Below, piece by piece: positions 63,688-64,000 of a DNA stretch of 64,000 bases. How positions within the stretch are numbered: the first letter of the stretch is position 1; each line of letters opens with the position of its first letter. The stretch is from Octopus vulgaris (Eukaryota). The DNA is taken from NCBI GenBank assembly GCA_951406725.2, contig OX597825.1:59334001-59398000 (forward strand). Reading direction: 5' to 3'. A program made the translations under genes and the position numbers. The notes beneath the pieces were generated by a model. That model made no database searches. It was not told where the DNA came from and saw nothing but the letters and a program-made list of their open reading frames with translations.

Positions 63688-63690
<3 letters not shown>
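63490..63690. mobile_element. fold-back double-hammerhead mini-element (second copy)
   Basis: Reverse complement of 14363-14562; HHR arms about 63505-63553 (-) and 63554-63606 (+). Confidence 0.88.
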
Positions 63691-63726
<36 letters not shown>

Positions 63727-63771
63727 TGATATATAGTATGTCTGTATGTGCGTGTACACCTATATATATAT

Positions 63772-64000
63772 ATAACTGAGAAGGTGTGTGTGAGTGTGCG
63801 CATCCCTAAAACTCGAGAACTACCAAACGGATTTCATTCAAATTTTACACATGCCTTACTTAGGGTCCATGCAGTGTCAAAGGCCAAAAAATATTTCAAC
63901 TTCTTGCCTAATGTGACTCCGGAGCAATCTCTTATCTCTTACACTGTTTCCATATTAGGTGTCAAAAGTGAAACAATACCATTTCTATTAATACTTTCAC
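63772..64000 (+). mobile_element. probable non-autonomous Helitron/DINE-like 5' end
   Basis: (GT)n followed by AACTCGAGAACTACCAAACGGATTTCATTCAAATTTTACAC. Confidence 0.45.

Overview
AT-rich animal (eukaryotic) genomic DNA, most likely intronic or intergenic. The (TA)n/(CA)n/(TATG)n density and the SINE families suggest an octopus/cephalopod origin (inference). Almost every ORF in the supplied track is a microsatellite artefact. The window is a mosaic of four tRNA-derived SINE families, a CR1-group LINE, a HERO/NeSL-type remnant, mariner/Tc1/Tigger elements and MITEs, a Helitron end, and three clades of Penelope-like elements (PLEs: Neptune-, Poseidon- and Naiad-like GIY-YIG remnants). Reading by eye gives about 27 type-I hammerhead ribozyme (HHR) motifs from about 11 sequence families, mostly in short non-coding units abutting microsatellites. 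Highlights: (i) a tRNA(Thr)-headed, (AAT)n-spaced, HHR-tailed module that forms the 3' end of a Poseidon-like PLE and also occurs without the ORF, as a possible PLE-mobilised SINE; (ii) fold-back double-HHR mini-elements; (iii) a tandem 323-nt HHR repeat resembling a retrozyme; (iv) family-fixed non-canonical HHR cores (CUGUNGA, CCGACGA); (v) SINE multimers sharing one 184-nt junction. Only one plausible host coding exon was found (12213-12524, minus strand, Thr-rich stalk plus GPI-like C-terminus). All alignments and folds were done by eye, and repeat boundaries are approximate (about +/-10-20 nt).
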